Source of the DNA: an uncultured bacterium
GTDB lineage: Bacteria; UBP7; UBA6624
DNA length: 64,000 bases
Direction of reading: 5' to 3'
Assembly (NCBI GenBank): GCA_964517115.1
Contig: CAZFBE010000002.1
Location: 6,862 to 70,861, forward strand
In this document: piece by piece, positions 7,336 through 17,575 of the stretch
How the letters are laid out: each line of letters opens with the position of its first letter
Position numbering within the stretch: the first letter of the stretch is position 1
Position numbers and translations under genes: made by a program
Notes under the pieces: generated by a model
Told to the model about the DNA's origin: nothing
Databases searched by the model: none
The model's input: the letters and a program-made list of their open reading frames with translations, nothing else

Positions 7336-9284
7336 GTTTCTATCTCCTCTGCCATGGCTTCAATTCTGTCTCTTAATGCTGCAGCCAACTCGAATTCAAG
7401 ATTATCTGCATGTAAAAGCATTTCTTTTTCCATTTTTTGAACAAGTTTCATACCTTTGCTGTAATCTTTTGAACTCATTGATTCTTCTTCTCCAATCAAA
7501 AACAATTTACTCATTTTTATAGATTTTTTTATACTTTTAGGTTTCTTATTATTCTTTTTATTATATTCTTTCTGAATTTCTCTTCTTCTTGAGGTTTCTC
7601 CTATAGCTTCACTCATTGAAGGGCTTATTGAATCAGCATAAAGAACAACCTTTCCATTTAAATGCCTTGATGCTCTTCCAATAATCTGTATTAGAGACTT
7701 TGTGCTTCTTAAAAAACCTTGTTTATCTGCATCTAATATTGCAATAGTTGAAACTTCTGGGAGGTCCAAGCCTTCTCTTAGGAGGTTGACTCCAACCAAG
7801 CAATCAATTTTTCCAGATCTCAATTGGTGTATTATTTTTATTCTTTCAAGTGTTTTTACTTTTGCATGGAGCCATCCAGAATTTATATTTCTTTCTTGTA
7901 GAAATTCTGAAATTTCTTCTGACATTTTTTGAGTAAGGGCTATTATCAAAACCCTATCTCCCTTTGATTTTGCTTTTTTTATCTCCTTCAAAATGTGGTT
8001 GACCTGATTGCTTCTTGAGTGAATTTCTATTTTTGGATCAATTAGGTATGTAGGTCGAATAATTTGTTCAGTTATTTTTTCTGAATTTTCAATTTCCCAA
8101 GATCCTGGTGTTGCAGAGACAAAAAGAGTTTTATTTGTTTTTTTCATCAATTCATCAAAGTTTAATGGTCTATTGTCGTAGGCAGAAGGCAATCTAAAAC
8201 CATGGTCTATCAGGGATTTTTTTCTAGACCTATCTCCTTTTGGCATTCCTTTAAATTGAGGTATTGATACATGGCTTTCATCGATTATTGTGAGAAAGTC
8301 TTTTGGAAAGAAATCTACCAAGCACGTAGGAGGCTCACCTTTTTTCCTTTGTTGAAAATGTCTTGAGTAATTTTCAATACCTTTAACAGTTCCAAAAGTT
8401 TGTATTTGCTCAAGGTCATAAAGAGTTTTTTCTCTAATCCTTTCTGCTTCTATCATTTTTTCTTCTTTTTTGAAGGAACTCTCACGGATCTTCATTTCTT
8501 CTTTTATTTCGCAAAATATTTTTTCTCTATTTTTGTCATTCACTACATGCAATGTTGACGGAAATATGGTTACCTTCTCTTCAGAAGATATCTTTTCTCT
8601 CGAAATTGTATGAATTTTTTTTATCGATTCAATTTCATTTCCAAACCATTCAATGAGTATTGAGTTCTCCTCTTCAGGGGTTTTTATTTTCATTGTGTCA
8701 TTTTGTCTTTCAAATGTGCCATTGCTGATTGAGCCTGTTTCATAAACATAACCCATTGAAACCAATCTTTTTCCAATGTCTTTTGGCTCTATTAGGTCAC
8801 CCTTTTTTATTGGCAGGATTTTATTTAAATAATCTTTAGGTGCTCCTATTCCGTAAACACTTGAGACCGTTCCTATTATGACTGAATGTTTTGATGTAAT
8901 TAAGTTTTTTACTGCTTGATGCCTCAATCTTTCAATTTCTGTATTTATTTTTGCATCTTTTTCGATATATTTATTTTCATGAACTATGTAAGCTTCTGGT
9001 TGATAGTAGTCATAATAGGAAACAAAATATCCAACAGCATTATTCGGAAAAAAAGTTTTAAATTCTTCGTAAAGTTGTGCAGCGAGTGTTTTGTTATGTG
9101 TTAAAACCAATGTAGGCAAACCCAGTGATTGAATAACATTTGAAACCGTATAGGTTTTCCCACTTCCAGTAACTCCTAACAGTGTTTGTTTTTTTGAGCC
9201 TTCTTCAAAACCTTTTACTATGCTTTTGATTGCCTTTGGCTGATCTCCGGTTGGAGAAAATTGAGTTTTTAGATTAAAGTTCAC
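7326..9284 (-). CDS. uvrB: Excinuclease ABC subunit B
   Basis: 652 aa. N-terminal FSPTGDQPKAI..LLGVTGSGKTYT (Walker A) plus helicase motifs and a C-terminal UVR domain (ELAAALRDRIEAM). Confidence 0.9.
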   Translation of the reverse strand: MNFNLKTQFSPTGDQPKAIKSIVKGFEEGSKKQTLLGVTGSGKTYTVSNVIQSLGLPTLVLTHNKTLAAQLYEEFKTFFPNNAVGYFVSYYDYYQPEAYIVHENKYIEKDAKINTEIERLRHQAVKNLITSKHSVIIGTVSSVYGIGAPKDYLNKILPIKKGDLIEPKDIGKRLVSMGYVYETGSISNGTFERQNDTMKIKTPEEENSILIEWFGNEIESIKKIHTISREKISSEEKVTIFPSTLHVVNDKNREKIFCEIKEEMKIRESSFKKEEKMIEAERIREKTLYDLEQIQTFGTVKGIENYSRHFQQRKKGEPPTCLVDFFPKDFLTIIDESHVSIPQFKGMPKGDRSRKKSLIDHGFRLPSAYDNRPLNFDELMKKTNKTLFVSATPGSWEIENSEKITEQIIRPTYLIDPKIEIHSRSNQVNHILKEIKKAKSKGDRVLIIALTQKMSEEISEFLQERNINSGWLHAKVKTLERIKIIHQLRSGKIDCLVGVNLLREGLDLPEVSTIAILDADKQGFLRSTKSLIQIIGRASRHLNGKVVLYADSISPSMSEAIGETSRRREIQKEYNKKNNKKPKSIKKSIKMSKLFLIGEEESMSSKDYSKGMKLVQKMEKEMLLHADNLEFELAAALRDRIEAMAEEIETWR

Positions 9285-9287
9285 CTT

Positions 9288-9974
9288 TCAGCCAGGTTTA
9301 GAACTGCCTTCTTTCAAACAAAAAACAGATACAACTTCAAGGGTTTTTTTCTCTAAGTCTTGCAAACTGCCATTGTTTTTTATCACAGCATCAGATATTA
9401 AGCTCCTTTCTTTTTCGGTTGATTGAGATTTTTCTATAGCAAGGAATTCTTCTTTTGTTAGTTTGTTTTTGTATCTTTTTAAGGTTCTATGAAGTCTTTT
9501 TTCTTGTTTTGCCTCAACAGTAATGATTTTCTTGAAATGTTTTTCAAGCCCTGATTTGACCAAGATTGGTATTTCACAAATCAAGTTTTTTTCATTTGAC
9601 TTGATTAAAGATACACATTGTTTTTTTATTACTGGATGAATGATGCTTTCTAAAAAAGACAATTTCTTTTTGTTGGAAAAAACTATTTTTCTTAATTTTT
9701 CTTTATCAAGATTTTTTTTATTTTCCCCTTTTGTTACAAATGCTTCAGGAATTTTCGTTTTTAGCTTTTCTTGAATTTCTTTCCTTAAGTAAAGGTTGTG
9801 AACTTCTTTATCAGCACTGTAGGTATCAAATCCAATTCTTTTAAAGATGTCTAAAACGGTTGATTTTCCGGATCCAAATGAGCCCGTTAGGCCAATTGTT
9901 AAATTTTTACTCAAAATCTTTGAGAAGTTCTGACAATGTTTGTCCACCCTCAGCTTTATCTCCAAACGTTTCAC
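9288..9974 (-). CDS. coaE: Dephospho-CoA kinase. The start is uncertain: an in-frame TTG at 9914..9912 would give the typical short N-terminus.
   Basis: GLTGSFGSGKST P-loop plus a DxD-like motif. The ATG ORF overlaps the upstream S1 gene by 68 nt. Confidence 0.7.
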   Translation of the reverse strand: MKRLEIKLRVDKHCQNFSKILSKNLTIGLTGSFGSGKSTVLDIFKRIGFDTYSADKEVHNLYLRKEIQEKLKTKIPEAFVTKGENKKNLDKEKLRKIVFSNKKKLSFLESIIHPVIKKQCVSLIKSNEKNLICEIPILVKSGLEKHFKKIITVEAKQEKRLHRTLKRYKNKLTKEEFLAIEKSQSTEKERSLISDAVIKNNGSLQDLEKKTLEVVSVFCLKEGSSKPG

Positions 9975-11046
9975 CTCTGGGTTTTTTTGATTCTTCTTTT
10001 GTAATCAAGGATAAAGAAAGTTTTTTATTTTCCTTGTCTACATTTTTAATTCTTGCTTCAACCTTTCCCCCAGCCTTTTCTTTAAAGTTTTCCGGGATTT
10101 CTGACTCATGAACAAATCCTTCTATTCCATTTTTTAAAGATACAAATAGACCAAATTTTGTTTTATTTGAAATTGTCCCACTTACCCAGGTTTCTTTTTC
10201 TAAGATTTCGCTATTCCAAGGGTTTTCCCTTGTCATGTTGTAACTAGTGTCTATTTGCATTTTTTCTTTATTTATCTTTGTTATCTTGACTTCAATTTCC
10301 TGACCTTCTTTGAAAATGTTTTTAAGATCTCCACCCCCCCAGGTAGCTTCATTTCTGTGAAGAAATAAATTTGCTCCATTTGAATTAAGGATGATTCCGA
10401 AAGCCTTATTTTTTTGAGATAAAAATCTTTTAATTTTTGCTTTCACTATTGAATTTTCTGGATTCGACAAGATGAATTGAGAAAACTGTTTATTCTTTTT
10501 TTCTTCAAGATAGGCGATTCTTGAAACTATTGCATCATTTTTTTTCATTTCTTTGACTAAAAACTTAACATTCCTCCCAATAAGTACGTCTAGGTTTCTA
10601 GGGGGGCTTTTTTCATAAAGAGATCGTGGCATAAATAGCAACCTTCCATTGAGGTTAACCATCATTCCTACCTGTTGTTTGGTTTTGTTCAAAACAATTT
10701 TTTCAATCTTTCCAGAAAGGGGCTCTTTGTTTTTGAAGGAGTTTTCAAGCATTTTTGCAGATTCTTTTTCTACTATTCTTTTTCTACTTACAATAATTTT
10801 TTCTCGATTTGTTCTTATTATCTCTACTTTTAAAGATTCGCCTGTTTTAATGTTTTTTAAATCATCTCCAATTTGGTCTTTTGGAAGCCAAGCATCATTT
10901 TTTAAGCCGAGAGAAAGTATTATCCCGTTTTCGTCTTTTTGTACAACTTTTCCATTCCTCTCGTCTCCTTTTTGGGGGTTCTCAAAATCCAAAAAGTCTT
11001 TCTCTATGTTGTTTGTTTCTTTTTCAGAATTCATATTTTTTTCCAA
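9907..11046 (-). CDS. S1 RNA-binding-domain protein (short ribosomal-protein-S1-like)
   Basis: 379 aa with repeated S1-like segments (GQEIEVKITKINKEK.., VSGTISNKTKFGLFVSLKNGIEGFVHESEI, GESLKVEIIRTNREKIIVS). Confidence 0.55.
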   Translation of the reverse strand: MEKNMNSEKETNNIEKDFLDFENPQKGDERNGKVVQKDENGIILSLGLKNDAWLPKDQIGDDLKNIKTGESLKVEIIRTNREKIIVSRKRIVEKESAKMLENSFKNKEPLSGKIEKIVLNKTKQQVGMMVNLNGRLLFMPRSLYEKSPPRNLDVLIGRNVKFLVKEMKKNDAIVSRIAYLEEKKNKQFSQFILSNPENSIVKAKIKRFLSQKNKAFGIILNSNGANLFLHRNEATWGGGDLKNIFKEGQEIEVKITKINKEKMQIDTSYNMTRENPWNSEILEKETWVSGTISNKTKFGLFVSLKNGIEGFVHESEIPENFKEKAGGKVEARIKNVDKENKKLSLSLITKEESKKPRGETFGDKAEGGQTLSELLKDFE

Positions 11047-13489
11047 TTTTTATACCAACCCTCAAAGGGACTTTCAATTCTAAAGCTTTTTCCATTGCTT
11101 TTTTTGCTTTTTCAACACTCCTTTCTAAAACATTGTCAGATACATGAAATACGAGTTCATCATGTACCTGGAGAATTAGTTCAAATTCTTGATTTAAATT
11201 ATGGAAAATTTTAACCATAGCTCTTTTTATAAGATCGGAACTTCCACCCTGAACACAGTTATTGACAGCTTGTCTTTCGGCTTGTTGTCTCATGAAACTA
11301 TTTGGGCTGCCTAAACCTTCTACGTATCTTCTTCTGCCATCTAGCGTTTCTGTGTACAGGTTTTGGTTTGCTTTTTCTTTTGTTTCCTTTATCCAACTAT
11401 AAACACCATTAAATTTTTCAAAATATTTCTTTATTTCGTTTTTCGAGCGCTCAACAGATATTCCCAGCTGTTTCGATAATGCGCTTGCACCCATTCCGTA
11501 AATAATTCCAAAATTAATAATTTTTGCAATCCTTCTGTCATCTTGTGTTATTTCTTTCTTATCTTTTTTAAACATTAGAGAAGCTGTTTGAGAATGAACA
11601 TCTTCGTCTTTGTTGAAAATTTCTATTAGCTTTTCATCTTCTGAAAGGTGTGCTAAAACTCTAAGGTCAATTTGTGAGTAGTCTATAGAAACTATTGAGA
11701 AGTTTTCTTTTGCCTCCACACAGCTGCGAATCATTCTTCCTTCATTTGTTTTTATTGGGAGAACCTGGAAATTAGGATCTTTTGATGCCAGCCTCCCGCT
11801 TCTTGTTCCATATGGGTCGAAGTTTGGGTGTATTCTTCCATTGTCTTTTTGGTGCTGTATAAAAGGCTTTATGTAAGATGAAAGGAGTTTATGCTTCTCC
11901 CTGTATTTGATAATTTCTTCTATTATTGGATGTTTTCCAAGAAGGCTATTCAATGCTTCTCTATTTGTACTTTTCCCATGTTTTGATTTCAGGTTTAATT
12001 TTTCAAAAAGGATTTCCCCAACCTGCTTCGGACTTCTTGGGTTGAAGTTTGTTTCAGAGATTTTTTTCATTTTCGCCTCTATCTCCAAGCACTCAAGGTT
12101 GAATTTTTCCTCAAGTTTTTTCACTTCTTTTACATTAATTGGAACACCTGTATTCTTCATTTTTTCAACTGCTAGAAGAAAAGGTTTTTCTATTTTTTTG
12201 TAGTAGTTTTTTATAGTTTTTTCTCCAATTTTTTTTTCTAAGATTTGTTGTAATTGTTTGAACTTGCTTATACACACTGAGGGATCTTCCGGAAATTGCT
12301 CATTAAAGATATTGTTCCATGTTTTTTGAATTGAGGGATTTTCTGAGTTTAGGAAAAAAGCATATGACTTTAGATCCAATGCATTTTCAAAATCAGAATG
12401 AAATATATTTATTTTTTTGTTGTAGAAATCAAACCCAATGATTTCATGTTTGTTGTTGAGGTAATCTTTGATGTTTGTTTCTGTTGCAAAAAGACCTTCA
12501 TCCTCTTTTGGTCCAAAAGTAATATTTTCAGTCTGACATATCCATGAATTTCCATATGGCATCAAGTGCACAAAAGAAGTTTTATCCAGTTCTGTCTTTA
12601 TGTCCTCTGGCTCAAGTTTTTTAATCTCTATCTGTTTTTCTTCTTTTAAGACGAATGATGTCATGCCTAACTTTTTTAATATTTTTTGAGCAGGTTTATT
12701 AGAGAGGTTGAAGGGTTTTAAATTCCCAATTTGAATATCTAAATCATCATCCAGGGTTGCTAATTTTTTACAAAAATAAGCTGACTCTTTGTCGTTTTGA
12801 AGTTTCTTTTTTTGTGAGTCGGGAAGGTCCTGTAGATTCTTGTAAACGTCATCCAGATCTTTATATTTTTTCAATAGTATTTTTGCTGTTTTCTCACCTA
12901 TTCCTTTGACTCCTTTTAGATTGTCTGAAGAATCTCCGACAAGGCCTTTGAAGTCAGGTATTAAATCTGGATTAAATCCATATTCCTCAAAAAGAGTATT
13001 TTTTGTTATTAGCTTAATTTGTGAAATAGACCTTCCAGACCTGAGGATGGACACGCCTGGCTCCAGGGTTTGAAGTAGGTCTTTGTCGTTGCTGACGATG
13101 ATGGGGTTTATTTTTTCTTTGAGTAGGCTTTTTGAAACTGATGCCAATACGTCATCTGCTTCATGTCCTGGAAATTCTATAGACTTTACATCAAGCTCTT
13201 TCAAAAAAAATTTGAAAAATTTTATTTGATTCAGAAGGTTTTCTGGAGTGTCAGGCCTCCCAGCTTTGTATTCTGGATACTCTTTTTTCCTCCATGTAGG
13301 AACAGATGAATCTAATGCAACGATTATTGTTTTTGGCTTGTATTTTTTATTGAGAGAATCTAAAGTTCTAACAAATCCAAAAAGTGCATTTGTAGGATCT
13401 CCTGCAGGAGATTGCATGTTTGGAGGGAGACTGTAAAAAGCCCTAAAGAGAAGATTTAAACCATCTATCAGTAAGGCTTTTTCACTCAA
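11024..13489 (-). CDS. polA: DNA polymerase I
   Basis: 821 aa. It has the 5-prime nuclease N-terminus (LLIDGLNLLFRAFYSLP), the polymerase motifs RRIAKIINFGIIYGMGASALSKQLG and QVHDELVFH, and a reduced middle (3-5 exo) region. Confidence 0.9.
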   Translation of the reverse strand: MSEKALLIDGLNLLFRAFYSLPPNMQSPAGDPTNALFGFVRTLDSLNKKYKPKTIIVALDSSVPTWRKKEYPEYKAGRPDTPENLLNQIKFFKFFLKELDVKSIEFPGHEADDVLASVSKSLLKEKINPIIVSNDKDLLQTLEPGVSILRSGRSISQIKLITKNTLFEEYGFNPDLIPDFKGLVGDSSDNLKGVKGIGEKTAKILLKKYKDLDDVYKNLQDLPDSQKKKLQNDKESAYFCKKLATLDDDLDIQIGNLKPFNLSNKPAQKILKKLGMTSFVLKEEKQIEIKKLEPEDIKTELDKTSFVHLMPYGNSWICQTENITFGPKEDEGLFATETNIKDYLNNKHEIIGFDFYNKKINIFHSDFENALDLKSYAFFLNSENPSIQKTWNNIFNEQFPEDPSVCISKFKQLQQILEKKIGEKTIKNYYKKIEKPFLLAVEKMKNTGVPINVKEVKKLEEKFNLECLEIEAKMKKISETNFNPRSPKQVGEILFEKLNLKSKHGKSTNREALNSLLGKHPIIEEIIKYREKHKLLSSYIKPFIQHQKDNGRIHPNFDPYGTRSGRLASKDPNFQVLPIKTNEGRMIRSCVEAKENFSIVSIDYSQIDLRVLAHLSEDEKLIEIFNKDEDVHSQTASLMFKKDKKEITQDDRRIAKIINFGIIYGMGASALSKQLGISVERSKNEIKKYFEKFNGVYSWIKETKEKANQNLYTETLDGRRRYVEGLGSPNSFMRQQAERQAVNNCVQGGSSDLIKRAMVKIFHNLNQEFELILQVHDELVFHVSDNVLERSVEKAKKAMEKALELKVPLRVGIKIGKKYEF

Positions 13490-14968
13490 TTATTTATATA
13501 CCTTAAATTTTCCAGCTTTCAATTTTGTCCAGTATTCAGATAAGGCTTCCTTGACCTTTGGCGCTAGTATTATTCCACCGATTATGTTTGGAAAGGCCAT
13601 TGAGAGTATCATGAGGTCTGAAAAATCAAGAACATTTCCTAGTTTCATGACTGTTCCCAATACAACAAAAGCAAGGAACATTACCCTATAGGCCAATATT
13701 ATTTGTTTACCTCTTCCAAACAGGTATGCCCAGGCTTTTTCTCCGTAATAGCTCCAGCTTATCATGGTTGAGTATGCGAAGAAGAAAATGCATATTGAAA
13801 GAATGGCTGGGAACCATGAGAATGTTGATTCAAATGCTTTTTGCGTCATGGCGACACCTTCTAAGCCCGGTACGTTATAAACACCGCTGACTATAAGTAT
13901 TAGTGCTGTCATGGTACATATAACAACAGTGTCAATGAATGGACCAATCATTCCAACTATGCCTTCTCTAACAGGCTGGTCAGTTTTTGCTGCCGAGTGT
14001 GCAATTGCGGCAGAACCTATTCCAGCTTCATTTGAGAAAACAGCTCTCCTTATTCCCTGAACCATTACACCAATTATGCCACCGTATGCTGCATCAGGGC
14101 TGAATGCCTGTGTAAATATAAGATTTAAAGCAGGAATAACTTGATCGCCATTTTTAAATAAGACGATAATTCCAGCAACAAGGTACAAGCCACACATGAA
14201 GGGGATAATCTTTTCAGTCACTCGTCCAATTCTTTTTATTCCCCCTATGATTACCAAGCCAACAAGAAATGCCATGAAGAAGCCAAATCCCCATGATGCT
14301 ACTTCAGAATCAGCAAGGGATGGCACTATTCCGCTTATTGCTTCAAATGTTTGATTTGCTTGAAACATGTTTCCTCCACCCAAAGATCCCCCTATGCAGA
14401 AAACCGCGAATACAACAGCAAGAATCTTTCCAAGAGTTTCAAGGCCCCTTTCCTTTAGACCTAAAGAAAGATAATACATAGGTCCTCCATGAACTGTGCC
14501 GTCTTTGTCTACTTTTCTGTAGAACTGAGCCAATGTACACTCATGAAATTTGCTTGTCATTCCAAACAGGCCTAAAATTATCATCCAAAAAACTGCCCCA
14601 GGGCCTCCAACACCTACAGCAACTGCAACACCTGCTATATTTCCAAGTCCAACTGTCGCAGATAGTGCACTAGTGAGCGCCTGAAAATGGGAAATTTCTC
14701 CTGGATGTTTAGGGTCGTCATATTTTCCTGCAATAACAGCTAGGGAATGTTTAAAACCTTTTAAGTTAATCCATTTGTGATAAAAGGTAAAAAATATTGC
14801 GCCCAGCATTAATACCCAAATAATTACAGGTATGTTTGCAACTGGATAAAATAAAAACTCTGCCATTTTTGCAACAATGCCACCAAAAGATTCATCTATT
14901 CTTTCAGACAAACTTTGTTCTTCAAATAGTAGATTTAAATTTGTAATATAACAAGCTAAATTATTCAT
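13490..14968 (-). CDS. Sodium:alanine (AGCS family) symporter
   Basis: 492 aa multi-TM protein. FQALTSALSATVGLGNIAGVAVAVGVGGPGAVFWM is the AGCS signature region. Confidence 0.8.
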   Translation of the reverse strand: MNNLACYITNLNLLFEEQSLSERIDESFGGIVAKMAEFLFYPVANIPVIIWVLMLGAIFFTFYHKWINLKGFKHSLAVIAGKYDDPKHPGEISHFQALTSALSATVGLGNIAGVAVAVGVGGPGAVFWMIILGLFGMTSKFHECTLAQFYRKVDKDGTVHGGPMYYLSLGLKERGLETLGKILAVVFAVFCIGGSLGGGNMFQANQTFEAISGIVPSLADSEVASWGFGFFMAFLVGLVIIGGIKRIGRVTEKIIPFMCGLYLVAGIIVLFKNGDQVIPALNLIFTQAFSPDAAYGGIIGVMVQGIRRAVFSNEAGIGSAAIAHSAAKTDQPVREGIVGMIGPFIDTVVICTMTALILIVSGVYNVPGLEGVAMTQKAFESTFSWFPAILSICIFFFAYSTMISWSYYGEKAWAYLFGRGKQIILAYRVMFLAFVVLGTVMKLGNVLDFSDLMILSMAFPNIIGGIILAPKVKEALSEYWTKLKAGKFKVYK

Positions 14969-15019
14969 AATACCCCCATTAATTCAAAATAAAAAATATG
15001 ATAGGCTAAGTATACAACG

Positions 15020-15102
15020 GCCGGAGTGGCGGAATGGTAGACGCGCTTGCCTCAAAAGCAAGTGTCCAATAGGGCGTGAGGGTTCGAGTCCCTCCTCCGG
15101 CA
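15020..15102 (+). tRNA. tRNA-Leu, anticodon CAA
   Basis: GCCGGAGTGGCGGAATGGTAGACGCGCTTGCCTCAAAAGCAAGTGTCCAATAGGGCGTGAGGGTTCGAGTCCCTCCTCCGGCA has a long variable arm and anticodon loop CTCAAAA. Confidence 0.85.
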
Positions 15103-15636
15103 TTAGTTTTCAAGGATCATTAAAACCTGATCGCCTGAAACTCTTTCCCCTTCAACAACAAGGATTTCTTTGATTTTTCCTTTTGTGGTTGATGCAATTT
15201 CATTCTCCATTTTCATTGCTTGGAGAGTGCACAAAACATCTCCCTCTTTGACTTTTTTATTTTCGTTTGTATTTATCGAAGATATTATTCCAGGAATAGG
15301 GCTTCTTATCTCAATGAGCCCTGCAGAACCGTCATCTTTTGCTCTTGTTAAAAATGAGTAACTCGTTTCTCTTTCAAGTTTAAATTTTGTTCCATCTAGA
15401 AGTAAATTAATTCTGATTCCGTCTCTAGAATAATTTACTGGAAATCTTCTTTCTCCAATGATTATCCCAACAACACCCTGTTCCCTTCTTATTATCTCAA
15501 AGGGTATTTTTTCCTCTCCATTGAAAATTGCGGTATTTGTTCCAAAGTCCACAGAAACATCATGAACTTTTCCTTTAGAGTCTCTGATTTTTAGTTCCAA
15601 CTTTCTTCTACGTCCTCGTTTCGATTTGAATTCCAA
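15103..15636 (-). CDS. Biotin carboxyl carrier protein with an atypical N-terminal domain
   Basis: 177 aa. The C-terminal biotinyl domain reads EGDVLCTLQAMKMENEIAS..GERVSGDQVLMIL (AMKM biotin-attachment motif). The 100-aa N-terminal region (VDFGTNTAIFNGEEKIPFEIIRR...) is unassigned. Confidence 0.7.
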   Translation of the reverse strand: MEFKSKRGRRRKLELKIRDSKGKVHDVSVDFGTNTAIFNGEEKIPFEIIRREQGVVGIIIGERRFPVNYSRDGIRINLLLDGTKFKLERETSYSFLTRAKDDGSAGLIEIRSPIPGIISSINTNENKKVKEGDVLCTLQAMKMENEIASTTKGKIKEILVVEGERVSGDQVLMILEN

Positions 15637-17144
15637 TCATTTCGATCTTCTGAATCCTGTTCTACATTTGGGTGGTTTTCTTCATCGGCTAATAATATAG
15701 CTGCAGCTAAGATAGATTCTTTATCTTCCTGTTCACTTGGTTCAGTTAACCTGCTTCCTTGATGTTCAACAAATCTTGTCCATATTTTTCCATTTCTAAA
15801 ACTCTTATGAGCTAAGAGTCTTCTGTGGAATGGTGCTGTCGTGGTAAAGCCTCTTACTACCATTTCCCTAAGTGCTCGTTCCATTCTTGTTATTGCTTCT
15901 CTTCTCGTTCTTCCGTAAGAGATAACTTTTGCTATAAGGGAGTCATATATTGAAGGAACTGTATATCCCGGACACAAGTGTGTATCTACCCTTATGCCCG
16001 GACCTGCAGGAAGTATCAATTCTTCAACTGTTCCTGGAGTGGGTGCAAAGCCAAATCTTGGATCTTCTGCATTTATCCTGCATTCGATAGCATGGCCACT
16101 TCTCCTTACCTGTCTTTGAGAAAAAGGTATTCTCTCTTTCCCAGCTATCCTTATGCCAGCTCTTATTATGTCAATTCCGGTTATTTTTTCAGTTACAGGG
16201 TGTTCAACTTGAACACGTGTATTTACCTCTATGAAGTAAAAGTTTTTACCATCAACAAGAAACTCAACGGTACATACTCCATGGTATTTTGCTGCCTTTG
16301 TTAAAGCTTTTGAGGAATCAATCATCCTCTTTCTCATCAGAGTCGAAACCGTAAGAGAGGGAGCTTCTTCAAGTAATTTTTGATGCCTCCTTTGTATGGA
16401 GCATTCTCTTTCGTATAGATGGATGAATCTTCCATGAGAATCTCTCATTGCCTGTATTTCTATGTGTCTTGGCTTTGATAAATATCTTTCTATAAAGCAG
16501 GAACCATCTCCAAAGGCAAGCTCAGCTTCAGATTGTGCAGATTCAAAAGCATCTTTTAGATCTTTTAAGTTTTCTACAACCCTCATGCCTCTGCCTCCAC
16601 CACCAGCAGCAGCTTTTATAAGTACAGGAAATCCAATTTTTCTAGATACCTTTATGGCTGTTCTCACATCATTCACAACACCTTTTGATCCTGGGATTGT
16701 TGGTATTTTTAACTCTTTAGCTTTCTTTCTTCCCCAAACTTTATCACCTAATTTTTCCATTGCTTCAGAGTTTGGACCTATGAAAATAATATCTTCCTCT
16801 TCACATCTTTTTGCAAATTTAGCATTTTCTGACAAGAATCCGTATCCTGGATGTATGGCTTCAACATTTGATTTTTTGGCAGCATCAATTATTTTTTCAA
16901 TATCCAGATACGTTTCAGCTGCTGAGCCAGGGCCAAGATTAAAAACACTATCTGCAACTCTTGAAGGGAGGGAGTCTATATCTATTTCACTTGAGGCAAT
17001 TACGCATCTTATCCCTAGTTCCCATCCTGCTCTTATTATGCGAAGTGCAATTTCTCCCCTGTTTGCAATTAACATGCTTTTGATCTTGCTTTTTTTAGCA
17101 GTTCTTTTTCTTGGGGTGATTCTTCTAAAAGCCATTGAAAACAT
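15591..17144 (-). CDS. Biotin carboxylase (acyl-CoA carboxylase alpha-type). The start is probably the internal M at about 17075; the C-terminus carries a 45-aa acidic tail.
   Basis: MLIANRGEIALRIIRA, the ATP-grasp motifs (GGGGRGMRVV) and BC C-domain motifs, and the tail EQEDKES...DSEDRNDWNSNRNEDVEESWN. Confidence 0.85.
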   Translation of the reverse strand: MFSMAFRRITPRKRTAKKSKIKSMLIANRGEIALRIIRAGWELGIRCVIASSEIDIDSLPSRVADSVFNLGPGSAAETYLDIEKIIDAAKKSNVEAIHPGYGFLSENAKFAKRCEEEDIIFIGPNSEAMEKLGDKVWGRKKAKELKIPTIPGSKGVVNDVRTAIKVSRKIGFPVLIKAAAGGGGRGMRVVENLKDLKDAFESAQSEAELAFGDGSCFIERYLSKPRHIEIQAMRDSHGRFIHLYERECSIQRRHQKLLEEAPSLTVSTLMRKRMIDSSKALTKAAKYHGVCTVEFLVDGKNFYFIEVNTRVQVEHPVTEKITGIDIIRAGIRIAGKERIPFSQRQVRRSGHAIECRINAEDPRFGFAPTPGTVEELILPAGPGIRVDTHLCPGYTVPSIYDSLIAKVISYGRTRREAITRMERALREMVVRGFTTTAPFHRRLLAHKSFRNGKIWTRFVEHQGSRLTEPSEQEDKESILAAAILLADEENHPNVEQDSEDRNDWNSNRNEDVEESWN

Positions 17145-17188
17145 TCTAACTCTAAGAAAATGTTTATAAAGTTATAGAATTTTGAATT

Positions 17189-17575
17189 ATGAAAATTGCC
17201 CATTTAGGCATCGTTGTAAAAAGTCTTGACAAATCCTTGCCTTTGTGGCTAGGGGTTCTCAAAGGGGATCTTTCTTACAGGAAGAAATATAAGAGGGAGA
17301 ATGTAGAGATAGCTATGTTGAAAATTGGGAAATTGAATATTGAATTACTCGAACCTGTTGGGGAAGGAACATTAAAAAAGTTTTTACTTAAGAGGGGGGA
17401 GGGTTTTCATCATATTGCTTTTAAAGTTGAAAATTTAGATGAAATGGAAAAAAAATTCAACTCAATAGGAATTGAAACAATAGAATCTTCAAGACAGGAT
17501 GGTGTTGGTGGAGGAGGGGCATTATTTTTTAACCCCAAATTCACAATGGGGATATTGATGGAAATAATAAAATGA
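17189..17575 (+). CDS. Methylmalonyl-CoA epimerase (VOC/glyoxalase family)
   Basis: 128 aa. HLGIVVKSLDKSL, VEIAMLKIGKLNIELLEPVGEG and GFHHIAFKVENLD fit the pattern. It is coupled by an ATGA overlap to the carboxyltransferase gene. Confidence 0.65.
   Translation: MKIAHLGIVVKSLDKSLPLWLGVLKGDLSYRKKYKRENVEIAMLKIGKLNIELLEPVGEGTLKKFLLKRGEGFHHIAFKVENLDEMEKKFNSIGIETIESSRQDGVGGGGALFFNPKFTMGILMEIIK

Noticed and set aside
9907-11046. Truncated ribosomal protein S1 as an anomaly
   Set aside because: S1 proteins with four rather than six S1 domains are common in several lineages. The length alone is not evidence of anything unusual.
16462-17169. Plus-strand 235-aa ORF
   Set aside because: Fully antisense to the well-supported biotin carboxylase gene.
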